Source: Sphyrna mokarran
Lineage: Eukaryota
Direction of reading: 5' to 3'
Assembly (NCBI GenBank): GCA_024679065.1
Contig: JAGIQG010000017.1
Span: forward strand, 57,846,001-57,910,000
Length of the DNA stretch: 64,000 nucleotides
The translations under genes were made by a program, and so were the position numbers. The notes below the pieces were generated by a model. The model searched no databases and was not told where the DNA came from. It worked only from the letters and a program-made list of their open reading frames with translations. Of the stretch, positions 24,481 through 35,990 are shown in pieces; within the stretch, counting starts at the first letter, position 1; every line of letters starts with the position of its first letter.

Positions 24481-24861
24481 GAATTTTGCTCTTCTATGTC
24501 ATGCTCTTCCTGCCTTTTGATTTGCACGCTTACTGTTAGCAACAGATCCAACACTTCAGATTCCATTTGCGTAAAGATGGCAAGATCTAGGCGTCTCCAC
24601 TCTTCTTCAGTTATGGCATTAATAATTTTGAAAAAGTGAATTGGAAAGTTATTTGAGGAAAACATTTCACAGGCTCATAACTAATAAAAACATGGATAAA
24701 TAAACGAAAAAAATACAGAGAAAGACAGGCAGGAACTTGCACACGAACGTACACAAGTGCATTCCGTGCACACAATCAGACACGTATAATTAAACACAGA
24801 GTGACTTACACAAAGAGATAGAGGCACATAAAGATCACCGCCACTCTTTAGGCCGATCATT

Positions 24862-26300
24862 AGAACATAGAACATAGAACATAGAACAATACAGCACAGA
24901 ACAGGCCCTTCGGCCTTCGATGTTGTGCCGACCAAAATAAAAAGCAATGCCCCTCCAAACTAAACCATTCCCTTCTCTTCCATATACTTATCAATTAACC
25001 TCTTAAACGCCACCAAACTTGGCGCATCTACAACAGCTGCAGGCAGGGCATTCCACTCCCTAATCACTCTTTGAGTAAAGAACCTACCTCTGATATCCGT
25101 CCTATAACTCATACCCCTTAATTTAAAGCTGTGTCCCCTCGTGCTAGCTTTCTCCATCCTAGGAAAAAGGCTATCACTGTCCACCCTATCTAAACCTCTA
25201 ATCATCTTATATGCTTCAATAAGATTCCCCCTTAGCCGCCTCCTTTCTAACGAAAACAACCTCAAATCCTTCAACCTCTCTTCATAGGACCTGCCCTCCA
25301 TACCAGGCAACATCCTGGTAAACCTCCTCTGTACCCTCTCCAATGCCTCCACATCTTTCTTATAATGTGGGGACCAGAACTGCACACAATACTCCAAGTG
25401 CGGCCGCACTAGAGTTTTGTACAGTTGCAACATGATGCTGCGGCTCCGAAATTCAATCCCCCTACCAATAAAAGCTAAGACTCCATATGCCTTCTTAACA
25501 ACTTTATCCACTTGACTGCCTACTTTCAGGGATCTATTGACACATACACCAAGATCCTTCTGTTCCTCAACACTATTAAGAGCCCTACCATTAGCCCTAT
25601 ACTCTACACATTTATTGTTCCTGCCAAAGTGCATTACCTCACACTTTTCCACATTAAACTCCATTTGCCACCTCTCGGCCCAGCTCTGCAACTTGTCCAA
25701 GTCACTCTGTAAACTAAAACACCCCTCTTCACTATCTACCACTCCACCAACTTTAGTATCATCTGCATATTTACTGATCCATCCCTCAATACCCTCATCC
25801 AGATCATTTATAAAAATTACAAACAGCAGGGGCCCCAAAACAGACCCCTGAGGCACACCACTTGTCACCGAACTCCACGATGAATATCTCCCATCAACCA
25901 CCACCCTCTGTCTTCTATCTGCCAGCCAATTCCTAATCCAATTAGCTAAATCACCCTCTATTCCACACATCTGCATTTTCTGTAGAAGTCTTCCATGGGC
26001 CACCTTATCAAACGCCTTACTAAAGTCCATATATATTACATCAACCGCCTTACCCCCATCCACCTCTCTGGTCACTTTCTCAAAAAACTCAATGAAGTTA
26101 GTAAGGCATGACCTACTCTTCACGAAACCATGCTGACTGTCCCCAATCAATTCATTTCTCTCTAAATAACTATAAATCCTATCCCTAATAATTTTCTCCA
26201 ATACCTTGCCCACAACAGAAGTAAGACTCACTGGCCTATAATTCCATGGAAGGTCTCTCTTCCCCTTCTTAAACAATGGGACCACATTCGCTATCCTCCA
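24862..26300 (-). mobile_element. CR1 subfamily A, 5'-truncated, uninterrupted 449-aa RT/C-terminal ORF
   Basis: ORF 24960-26309 is open through YADDTK to the natural stop; (AGAACAT)n tail. Confidence 0.95.
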
Positions 26301-26443
26301 TTCGTGCACTTAAGGCAGAAATTCTGAAAATAAGTATTAGAAAAACAATCTCTTATCGTTGAAAGGTACTAGGTATCCTTCCGGATAGTTCGTGATCCAC
26401 CCCAAAGGAATGTTCTGAAAGTTGAAAGTGAATGAGGAATGGA

Positions 26444-26795
26444 GACATACAAGATAATGAAGGGGTTGTACAGGATAGAGGTAGAAAGATTCTTTCCGCT
26501 TAGAAAGGAAACCAGAACTAGAGGGCACAGCCTCAAAATACGAGGAACTTCTTCTTTCAGAGGATGGTGAATCTCTGGAATTCTTTGCCCATTGAAATGG
26601 TGGAGGATACCTCGCTGAATATGTTTAAGTCACGGGGAGATAGATGACTATTGCATAAGGAAATTAAGGGTTATGGAGAGCAGGTGGGAAAATGGAACTG
26701 AACCATTTCAGATAAACCATGATCTTATTGAATGGCTGGGGATGGAGGGGCTAGGTGGCACAAATCCTGCTCCTATTTCTTATGTTCTTATGTTC
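26444..26795 (+). mobile_element. CR1 subfamily C 3' fragment
   Basis: Matches 14680-15060; TATGTTCT tail. Confidence 0.85.
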
Positions 26796-26860
26796 AACTG
26801 GTGGGTGAATCACTCGGCCGTGTATTGCAGCACAGTGAATATTCATAGTGACTCAAAGAA
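26796..26860 (+). pseudogene. Possible relic of a V-segment 3' end with RSS heptamer
   Basis: GTG AAT CAC TCG GCC GTG TAT TGC AG (VNHSAVY-C) directly followed by perfect CACAGTG (26831-26837); no good nonamer at 12 or 23. Confidence 0.35.
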
Positions 26861-28424
26861 AAGGAGCAGTTTGATAAAACCTCAAAGGCAGCAGGAAACA
26901 CCTGTGAATGAAATCACACAAACAATTAATCGCGCTGCGTGGTATTTTGCAGACTGCAGAGCGTAGTAACTCGAAGAGATAGAACAGGACAGATTAAAGC
27001 AGGAGATATTGAAAGAAAGAAATAGTGCAGGGAAGCATGGAATAAAATAGAAAACAAGAGTGAAGACAAGCCAGAATTCAAGAAACTAGGAAGGAGGATC
27101 AGAAAGAGCAGAAGAGTTTTCCAGGAATGTTAGCAGTCATATCAATTAGTTGGGTATATAGGCGAAGATGCGATCATTCTACTCAAGCAAGGGGTATTGA
27201 TGGGACAGGTACCCCACCTTGGAGCATCGTTAGTTAGAAGGTCAGACTAGAGCAACTGGGATTTCTTTCCCCAAAGCAGGGAAGATACAGGGATGAAAGT
27301 TATTCACAATAATGAGGGTCTTTAATTAGGAAAGAGAGAGCTTTCGTTAGACTTTAGTGGGTGAAATTAACATTACCATTCACAATTCAATCAGATACAG
27401 CAGTTACTTTTCAGCACATATAACAGTTGAGAATGGGAATGATGGATCCTGGGATCTCCTTCTGTTCTTCTCACAGGAATCTCAAAACACCCGGCCATGC
27501 TTGCAATTTGACCTTGGACTTTTTTTTCCCATGCCCAGAATCCCATCCATCAGGAGATTAGGCTGGATCTCACCAGAGTCTTCCAGTGGCGCCTGCCTCT
27601 ATAATGATGCATGGAATGGGCGCTCTTTTATAACCCTCACCCCCACCCCCCGCCAAATCGATGAAGAGGTCTAGGAAGTTCCGAGCAGCCACTGGAGTGT
27701 TCACTGCCCAGTCTACACCAAAACTGTCTCTTTCCCACTGTTACCCTCGCTATTGGGAGCAATCCAAAACCCTTCAATCCACAGCCAGTGGGATGACACA
27801 GAAGTGGCCGATTTACTCCACGTCCACATTCAATCGGGTGATTATTTCCCCTTCCCTCCTGGTCAAAATTTTAGCATTGAAAAGGAACCAACACTTAACT
27901 CAACTTTTAAAATTCATGTCGAATGATTTTTTTCTCCCTGAAACTATTACAAATCGGCCTTTCCTTGTTGTCCTGCTTTTATTTCTTCACTCATTCAATC
28001 CCGTTTTATCAGTCTCCTTCCTTTTCTCACTTTCACTGTTTATTACGTTCTGTCTCTGTTTTTTTTGCTCAGTCTGTCACTTTTCTGTCTGTGGGTCTTT
28101 TCACAATCTTCCCATCTCTCGAAAGCCTCAGTCAGAATTCTTTGCCTGGAATTATCGATCACTCTCTGTTATTTATGGGTTTGTTTTCACTCCCTGATCA
28201 GGGAAAGCTTTGTGAGCAATTTAAACAAAGCGGCAGGGTTTTTAAGCAATTCCTGCCTGCTCCTTGCACTTTGCTCGCAGGAAGAGCAGCAACGTCTCTC
28301 ATTTAGCTGCAGTGCCAAGAGCGGCCGCCGCGGCGCTCTCACGCTCTATATGACGAGCCAGTTTCTTGTAGAAATCAGCTCAAAGACATTTGAGATCAAA
28401 AGAAAGCTGAATCTTACGCGGAGA

Positions 28425-28470
28425 ATGTTCACCATTTCTTGGTTTTCCGTATTCGTGTTGTCCAATGTCT
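28425..28470 (+). pseudogene. Leader (L1) exon of antigen-receptor V segment
   Basis: 46 nt, MFTISWFSVFVLSNV+T|GTATGT; phase 1 joins the V exon as ...NVYVDS, a typical L1/L2 split. Confidence 0.8.
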
Positions 28471-28756
28471 GTATGTACTAGATAGCAGAAACACCTGTTT
28501 TTTTTTTAATCGACACTTGCTGAATATAATGACGACATTTTGTGTTTGTTGACAGATTCTAGTGAACGCAATACAAATAATTCACTGGTCTTTAATCCGC
28601 TAAATTGTCATCATGCTGGCTCAATGCGTCCCAGCCATTGCAATTTTTCTTCTTTCAGAACTACCCCCCCCCCCCACCGGAATCTGCCTTGGAACAAGTT
28701 AGGAGTTTGGCAAATTAATTGTTTAAATGTTGACTAATTGACTTACTTGGATGAGC

Positions 28757-29040
28757 AATAGAATGCTACAGTGCAGAATGAGGCCACTCAACCCATGGAG
28801 TCTGCACTAACTTACTCAGACCCGCAGAACCCCACTGACCCTAAGTGACAATTGGACACGGCCAATCCGCCCAACCCACACATCATTGGAGTGTGGGAGG
28901 AGACGGGAGCACCCGGAGGAAACCCACGCAGATACGGGGAGAACGTGCAAGCTCCACACACAGACATTGTCCCACTCGGGAATCAGATGAGGGTAATTGG
29001 TGCTGTGTGGCAGCAACGCTAACCATTGTGTCGCCACAGA
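28757..29040 (-). mobile_element. tRNA-derived SINE in the V leader intron
   Basis: GGAGCACCCGGAGGAAACCCACGCAGATACGGGGAGAACGTGCAAGCTCCACAC core. Confidence 0.85.
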
Positions 29041-29167
29041 ATGTAGCAATGTTACTGCAGAAAACCAATCTATTTATTGATCTTTCCCTCTCTTTACTTT
29101 GTCCCATGTTCAGTTGATCATTTTGTCTCCTGACTGAACTGCTGCCCTGTTTTAATTATCTTATTAA

Positions 29168-29465
29168 ATGTTGACTCCAAGCACTTAGTCGCCCAGTTTC
29201 CATCGACAATGACTCTGTCTCCACGGGAGGAAACCGCTTTCTACTTGCAGCATCTGGCAGGGGAACGTGACCGATTATTGGTTGCACTAGTACATCCAGA
29301 GCAGTGACCAAATTGAGTGGGTTAGACCCGGGGTACTGTCTTCATCTAGGGGCAGAAAACGAATGGATGTCAAGCACGGCCCTCAGAACAACGAGTTCAC
29401 CCTGTTCGTGAAGGACTCCCAGATCGAAGACAGCGGCACATATTACTGTGTGTCCTACAACGATG
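29168..29465 (+). pseudogene. Antigen-receptor V exon (pseudogene), inverted relative to TRBC
   Basis: VDS-KHLVAQFPSTMTLSPREETAF/(frameshift ~29240)/TCSIWQGNVTDYWLH*YIQSSDQIEWV...RMDVKHGPQNNEFTLFVKDSQIEDSGTYYCVSYND; conserved Trp is TAG (29288-29290); acceptor reads AA (29166-29167). Confidence 0.9.
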
Positions 29466-29504
29466 CACAGCGTTACAAGAATGCAAAGTCTTCCAACTAA
29501 AACT
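29466..29504 (+). promoter_or_regulatory. 23-bp-spacer recombination signal sequence
   Basis: CACAGCG (29466-29472) + exactly 23 nt + ACTAAAACT (29496-29504), directly after the YYC end of the V exon. Confidence 0.92.
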
Positions 29505-29679
29505 GCCCGCGGCAGAAAGAAACCTGCCTCAGTCTCCAGACAGTAATTCCGTAACTGGAATGGGGAATCTGGATGCGTTGGATCACAGGAGTTCAAATTC
29601 GCGTGGCCGCTGAAGAATTTCACTCCATTCACTTCAGGCGGTGGGTGCAGCTGTATCATCTGTAAAATACACTTTAAAA

Positions 29680-30343
29680 ATCTTTATAGCTTATTGGGCA
29701 CAGCTCCTGACCTAAGAAGATAAACACTTTCCTATCCTGCCTGATCCTATCTCTTTCCAATGCTATCGTGCAGGAGATAGAATTATGATCACCATCCCCA
29801 AGATGCTGCGCTACCGAGTGATCCGACACCAATCCTGGTTCATAAGCCAGCACCTCATCAAATACAGCCTCTCCTCTCGTAGGCTTATCCATGTGCTGTG
29901 TCAGGAAACCCTCCTGAACACACCTAACAAACTCCTCACCATTGGTGACATTCCAGTCGATGTTTGGGAAATTAAAGTCTCCCATCACGACAATTTTGTT
30001 ATTTCTACATCTCTGTAGGATCTGTTTCCCCATCTGCACTTCAACATCCCTGTCACTATTGGGCGGCCTACAAAAAACACCCAGTTTTCGACCCCTTACT
30101 GTTCCTGACTTCCACACACAGAGTCTCCGTAGACGGTCCCTCCACAGCATCCTCCTTCTCTACAGCTGTGACACTGTCCCTAATCAACAGTGCCACTCCC
30201 CTACCTCTTCTACCTCCCTCCTTGAACTTCCTGAAGCATCTAAATCCTGGCACCTGAAGTACCCAGTCCTGTCCCTGAGACATCCAAGTCTCTGTAATGG
30301 CCACCACATCACATTTCCAAACAGCAATCCAGGCCCTGAACTC
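29680..30343 (-). mobile_element. CR1 endonuclease-region fragment
   Basis: DVVAITETW, VMGDFNFPNIDW, GDGDHNSI. Confidence 0.88.
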
Positions 30344-30573
30344 ATAGATCATAGGGCATTACAGCGCAGAACAGGCCCTTCGGCCTTCGATGTTGCGCCG
30401 ACCAATTAGGAACAAGCAATGACCCTCTAACCGAAACCATTCCCTTTTCATCCATAAACTTATCTACAAACCTCTTAAACGCCACCAAACTTGGCGCATC
30501 TACAACTGACGCAGGCAGGGCATTCCATACCCTCACCACCTTCTGGATAAAGAACCTACCTCTGACATCCGTT
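30344..30573 (-). mobile_element. CR1 subfamily A 3' tail fragment
   Basis: Tail hairpin and the last ORF2 codons. Confidence 0.88.
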
Positions 30574-30583
30574 CTAAAACTTT

Positions 30584-31498
30584 TGGATTAGTAAATTTGC
30601 AGATGACACTAAAGTCGGTGGAGTGGTAGATAGTGAAGAGGGGTGTTATAGTTTGCAGAGGGACTTGGACAAGTTGCAGAGCTGGGCCGAGAGGTGGCAA
30701 ATGGAGTTTAATGTGGAAAAGTGTGAGGTAATGCACTACGGCAGAAATAATAAATGTGTAGAGTATAGGGCTAATGGTAGGATTCTTAGTAGTCTTGATG
30801 AACAGAGGGATCTTGGTGTGTATGTGCATAGATCCCTGAAAGTAGGCAGTCAAGTCGAGAAGGTTGTTAAGAAGGCATATGGAGTCTTGGCTTTTATTGG
30901 TAGGGGGATTGAATTTCGGAGCCGCAACGTCATGTTGCAACTGTACAAAACTCTAGTGCGGCCGCACTTGGAGTATTGTGTGCAGTTCTGGTCCCCACAT
31001 TATAAGAAAGATGTGGAGGCATTGGAGAGGGTACAGAGGAGGTTTACCAGGATGTTGCCTGGTATGGAGGGCAGGTCTTATGAGGAGAGGCTGAGGGATT
31101 TGAGGTTGTTTTCGTTAGAAAGGAGGAGGCTAAGAGGGACCTGATCGAAACATATAAGATGATTAGAGGTTTAGATAGGGTGGACAGTGATAGCCTTTTT
31201 CCTAGGATGGAAAAAGCTAGCACGAGGGGACACAGCTTTAAATTAAGGGGTGATAGTTATAGGACGGATATCAGAGGCAGGTTCTTTACCCAAAGGGTGG
31301 TTCGGGAGTGGAATGCCCTGCCTGCAGCGGTTGTAGATGCGCCAAGTTTGGTGGCGTTTAAGAGGTTAGTTGATAAGTATATGGAAGAGAAGGGAATGGT
31401 TTAGTTTGGAGGGGCATTGCTTTTTATATTGGTCGGCGCAACATCGAAGGCCGAAGGGCCTGTTCTGTGCTGTAATGTTCTATGTTCTATGTTCTATG
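30584..31498 (+). mobile_element. CR1 subfamily A, 5'-truncated
   Basis: From ISKFADDTK to the (ATGTTCT)n tail. Confidence 0.93.
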
Positions 31499-31499
31499 T

Positions 31500-33071
31500 A
31501 AAACCACCACCCCTTAATTTAAAGCTATGTCCCCTCATGCTAGGTTTCTCCATCCTAGGAAAAAGGCTATCACTGTCCACCCTATCTAAACCTCTAATCA
31601 TCTTATATGTTTCAATAAGGTCTCCTCTTAGCCGCCTTCTTTCTAACAAAAACAGCCTCAAATCCCTCAGCCTCTCTTCATAAGACCTGCCCTCCATACC
31701 AGGCAACATCCTGGTAAACCTCCTCTGTACCCTCTCCAATGCCTCCACATCTTTCTTATAATGCTGGGACCAGAACTGCACACAATACTCCAAGTGCGGC
31801 CACACTACAGTTTTGTACAGTTGCAACATGACGTTGCGGCTCCGAAATTCAATCCCCCTACCAATAAAAGCTAAGACTCCATATGCCTTCTTAACAACCT
31901 CATCGACTTGATTGCCAACTTTCAGGGATCTACGCACATATACACCAAGATCCCTCTCTCATCAAAACTACTAAGATTCCTACCATTAGCCCTATACTCT
32001 ACACATTTGTTATTCCTGCCAAAGTGAATTACCTCCACTTTTCCACATTAAACTCCATTTGCCACCTCTCGGCCCAGCTCTGCAACTTGTCCAAGTCTCT
32101 CTGCAAACTATAACACCCCTCTTCACTATCTACCACTCCTCGACTTCAGTGTCATCCGCAAATTTACTAATCCATCCTTCAATACCCTCATCCAGATCAT
32201 TTATAAAAATTACAAACAGCAGGGGCCCCAAAACAGATCCCTGAGGTACACCACTTGTAACCGAACTCCACGATGAATATCTTCCATCAACCACCACCCT
32301 CTGTCTTCTATCAGCTAGCCAATTCCTAATCCAATTAGCTAAATCACCCTCAATCCCATACATCTGCATTTTCTGCAGAAGCCTTCCATGTGCCACCTTA
32401 TCGATCGCCTTACTAAAGCCCATATATACCACATCAACTGCCTTACCCCCATCCACCTCTTTGGTCACTTTTTCAAAAAAACTCAGTAAGGATAGTAAGG
32501 CACGACCTACCCTTCACAAAACCATGCTGACTATCCCCAATCAATTCATTTCTCTCTAAATAACTATAAATCCTATCCCTAATAATTCTCTCCAATACTT
32601 TGCCCACAACAGAAGTAAGACTCACTGGCCTATAATTCCCTGGAAGTCTCTCTTCCCCTTCTTGAACAATGGGACCACATTCGCTATCCTCCAGTCTTCC
32701 GGCACTATACCCGTAACCAACGACGACCTGAAGATCAGAGCCAGAGGCTCTGCAATCACATCTGTCGCCTCCCAGAGAATCCTAGGGTAAATCCCTTCCG
32801 GCCCAGGGGATTTATCTAACTTCAAACCCTCAAGAATATCTAGCACATCCTCCTTATCTACTTCAATATTTTCCAGTTTGCAACCCTGTATCCCACTGTT
32901 CTCCACAACTACATATACATCTCCCTGCGTGAATACCGAAGAGAAATATTTGTTCGGTGCCTCTCCAATTTCTTCAGGCTCCACGCACAACTTCCCACTG
33001 CTGTCTCTGACTGGGCCTAATCTTGCCCTTAGCAATCTTCTATTCTTAACATATCTGAAGAAAGCTTTAGG
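31500..33071 (-). mobile_element. CR1 subfamily A ORF2 fragment
   Basis: ORFs 31494, 32130 and 32622 on the minus strand with RT motifs. Confidence 0.93.
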
Positions 33072-33109
33072 ATGCTTTAAAGCTTTAGAAAGCTTTAAAG
33101 CTCATCCAC

Positions 33110-34265
33110 TTTATTCACTACAGTCCTGGTGTTAAAATAGACACACCTCAGACCCTCAGTCTGAGCACTTCCCTTCTCCATCACCTGTCTAACCTCCCTC
33201 TCATACTGTCTTTAATCCTTCTTTACTTGCAAGCTAACCTCCTCGCTCCCACTCACCTCATCTCGATTCCCTCCCCCCAATCTTTGAAGTCCCTTCAAGT
33301 TTAAGTCCCTTCAAGTTAAAAGTCCCTTCAGAAGCCCTAGCCAGCCTTCCCACCAAGATACTGGTCCCCCTGGGATTTAAGTGCCACCCGTCTTTATTGT
33401 ACAGGTCACACCTGCCCCTAAAAAGGTCCCAGTGATCCAGGAACCGGAACCCCTGCCCCCTGCACCAGTCCCTCAGCCACGCATTCACCCTCCACCTCAT
33501 TCTATTCCTGCTCTCACTTTCTCGTGGCACAGGCAGCAATCCTGAGATTACTACCTCTGCGTTCCTCTTTCTCAGCTGTTTACCTAGTTCCCAATAATCC
33601 CTTCTCATGACCCCTTCTCTCTTCCTACCTACATCAGCGGTACCTATATGGACCACAACCTTCGGCTTCTCCCCCTCCCCTTTCAAGATATCTGGGATGC
33701 ATCCGGCAACATTCTGGATCCCAGCTCCAGGGAGGCAGACCACCATCCGTGACTCCCGTCCGCAAAAACGCCTGTCTGACCCCCTCACTATGGAGTTCCC
33801 TAATGACACGGCCCTTCTCTTTTCTTTACTTTTCGGTTTCTGGGTCGAGCTCAGCTCCAGAGGCGCAGCTACTGCTGCCTCCCCCAGATAAGCTGTCCCC
33901 TCCAGCAGTACTCAGACACGACTACTTGTTATGAAGGGGGACATCCACCGGGGTGCTCTCCATCATACGAGCTTTCGCCTTCCTAACAGTTACCAACTTG
34001 ACTTCTTCCTGTTGCCCTGGTGTGACCACTTGCTGGTAGTTCCTGTCAATTACCTCCTCATTCTCTCTAATGACTCCAAGGTCCTCGAGCTGCGGTTCCA
34101 ATTCCTTAACCCGGTGCCTTAGGATCCACAGCTCCTCACACCGAGCACAGACATGGATGTCTGGGAGACCAGGAACCTCCAGGACCTCCCACATATTGCA
34201 CTGGCTACAATATACTGGCGTCAGAGTACAATGAACTATCGAATAATCTTTAAACAACCGCATTA
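33110..34265 (-). mobile_element. CR1 ORF1 region (zf/lz plus SGNH esterase-like)
   Basis: CSQCNMWE...CARCEEL...KELEPQLEDL; GNSIVRG, VVVHIGT, DGWHLN. Confidence 0.88.
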
Positions 34266-34309
34266 ATTATCACAGAACAAGGCCCCATATGGGGGGAATC
34301 TAGTACCAG

Positions 34310-35990
34310 GTTTCAAAGTTTATTTATTAGTGTCACAAGTAGGATTACATTAACACTGCAATGAAGTTAGTGTGGAAAAGCCATAGTCGCCACAGTGTGG
34401 TGCCTGTTGGGGCACACAAAGGGAGAATTTAACACTGTTGGTGCAACTAACCAGTGGGTCCTTCAAACTGTGGGAGGAAACTGGAGGAAACCCACGCAGA
34501 CACGGGGAGGAGGCGTACATAGAACATAGAACATAGAACATTACAGCACAGAACAGGCCCTTCGGCCTTCGATGTTGCGCCGACCAATATAAAAAGCAAT
34601 GCCCCTCCAAACTAACCATTCCCTTCTCTTCCATATACTTATCAACTAACCTCTTAAACGCCACCAAACTTTGCGCATCTACAACTGCTGCAGGCAGGGC
34701 ATTCCACTCCCGAACCACCCTTTGGGTAAAGAACCTACCTCTGATATCCGTCCTATAACTATCACTCCTTAATTTAAAGCTGTGTCCCCTCGTGCTAGCT
34801 TTTTCCATCCTAGGGAAAAGGCTATCACTGCCCACCCTATCTAAACCTCTAATCATCTTATATGTTTAGATTAGGTCCCCTCTTAGCCACCTCCTTTCTA
34901 ATGAAAACAACCTCAAATCCCTCAGCCTCTCTTCATAAGACCTGCCCTCTATACCAGGGAACATCCTGGTAAACCTCCTCTGTGCCCTCTCTAATGCCTC
35001 CACTTCTTTCTTATAATGTGGGGACCAGAACTGCACACAATACTCCAAGTGCGGCCGCACTAGAGTTTTGTACAGTTGCAACATGACGTTGCGGCTCCGA
35101 AATTCAATCCCCCTACCAATAAAAGCTAAGACTCCATATGCCTTCTTAACAACCTTCTCGCCTTGACTGCCTACTTTCAGGGATCTATGCACATACACAC
35201 CAAGATCCCTCTGTTCATCTAGACTGCTAAGAATCCTACCATTTGCCCTATACTCTACACATTTATTATTTCTGCCATAGTGCATTACCTCACACTTTTC
35301 CACATTAAACTCCATTTGCCACCTCTCGGCCCAGCTCTGCACCTTGTCCAAGTCCCTCTGCAAACTATAACACCGCTCTTCACTATCTACCACTCCACCG
35401 ACTTTAGTGTCATCTGCAAATTTACTAATCCATCCTTCAATACCCTCATCCAGATCATTTATCAAAATTACAAACAGCAGGGGCCCCAAAACAGACCCCT
35501 GAGGTACACCACTTGTCACCGAACTCGAAGATGAATATCTCCCATCAACCACCACCCTCTGTCTTCTATCTGCTAGCCAATTCCTAACCCAATTAGCTAA
35601 ATCACCCTCTATCCCATACATCTTCATTTTCTGCAGAAGTCTTCCATGGGCCACCTTATCAAACGCCTTACTACAGTCCATATATACCACATCAACCGCC
35701 TTACCCCCATCCACCTCCTTAGTCACTTTTTCAAAAAACTCAATGAGGTTAGTGAGGCACGACCTACCCTTCACAAAACCATGCTGACTATCTCCAATCA
35801 ATTCATTACTCTCTAAATAACTATAAATCCTATCCCGAATTATTCTCTCCAATAATTTGCCCACACAGCAATACTTTGCTCACACCACTGTCTGTGTAGG
35901 CTCCACACAGACAGTGACTCAAACAGGGAATTGAACCTAGGTCCCTGGCACTGTGAGGCACCGGTGTTAACCACTGTGCCACAGTGCGCC
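34310..35990 (-). mobile_element. tRNA-derived SINE split by a CR1 insertion
   Basis: 3' part at 34310-34517; tRNA head part at ~35895-35990 continues the same consensus. Confidence 0.8.
34518..35865 (-). mobile_element. CR1 subfamily A, 5'-truncated, nested in SINE
   Basis: 332-aa RT ORF 34866-35864 and (AGAACAT)n tail. Confidence 0.94.

Noticed and set aside
27661-28481. Hydrophobic ORFs (178, 127, 138 aa) as membrane proteins or the missing SRCR TM exon
   Set aside because: Products of a T/C-rich tract open in several frames; only the last 46 nt (V leader) is supported.
33286-33331. 17-bp tandem triplet AAGTCCCTTCAAGTT(T/A)A and (ATGTTCT)n arrays as CRISPR-like repeats
   Set aside because: No spacers; these are local slippage within CR1 and normal CR1 tails in a vertebrate genome.
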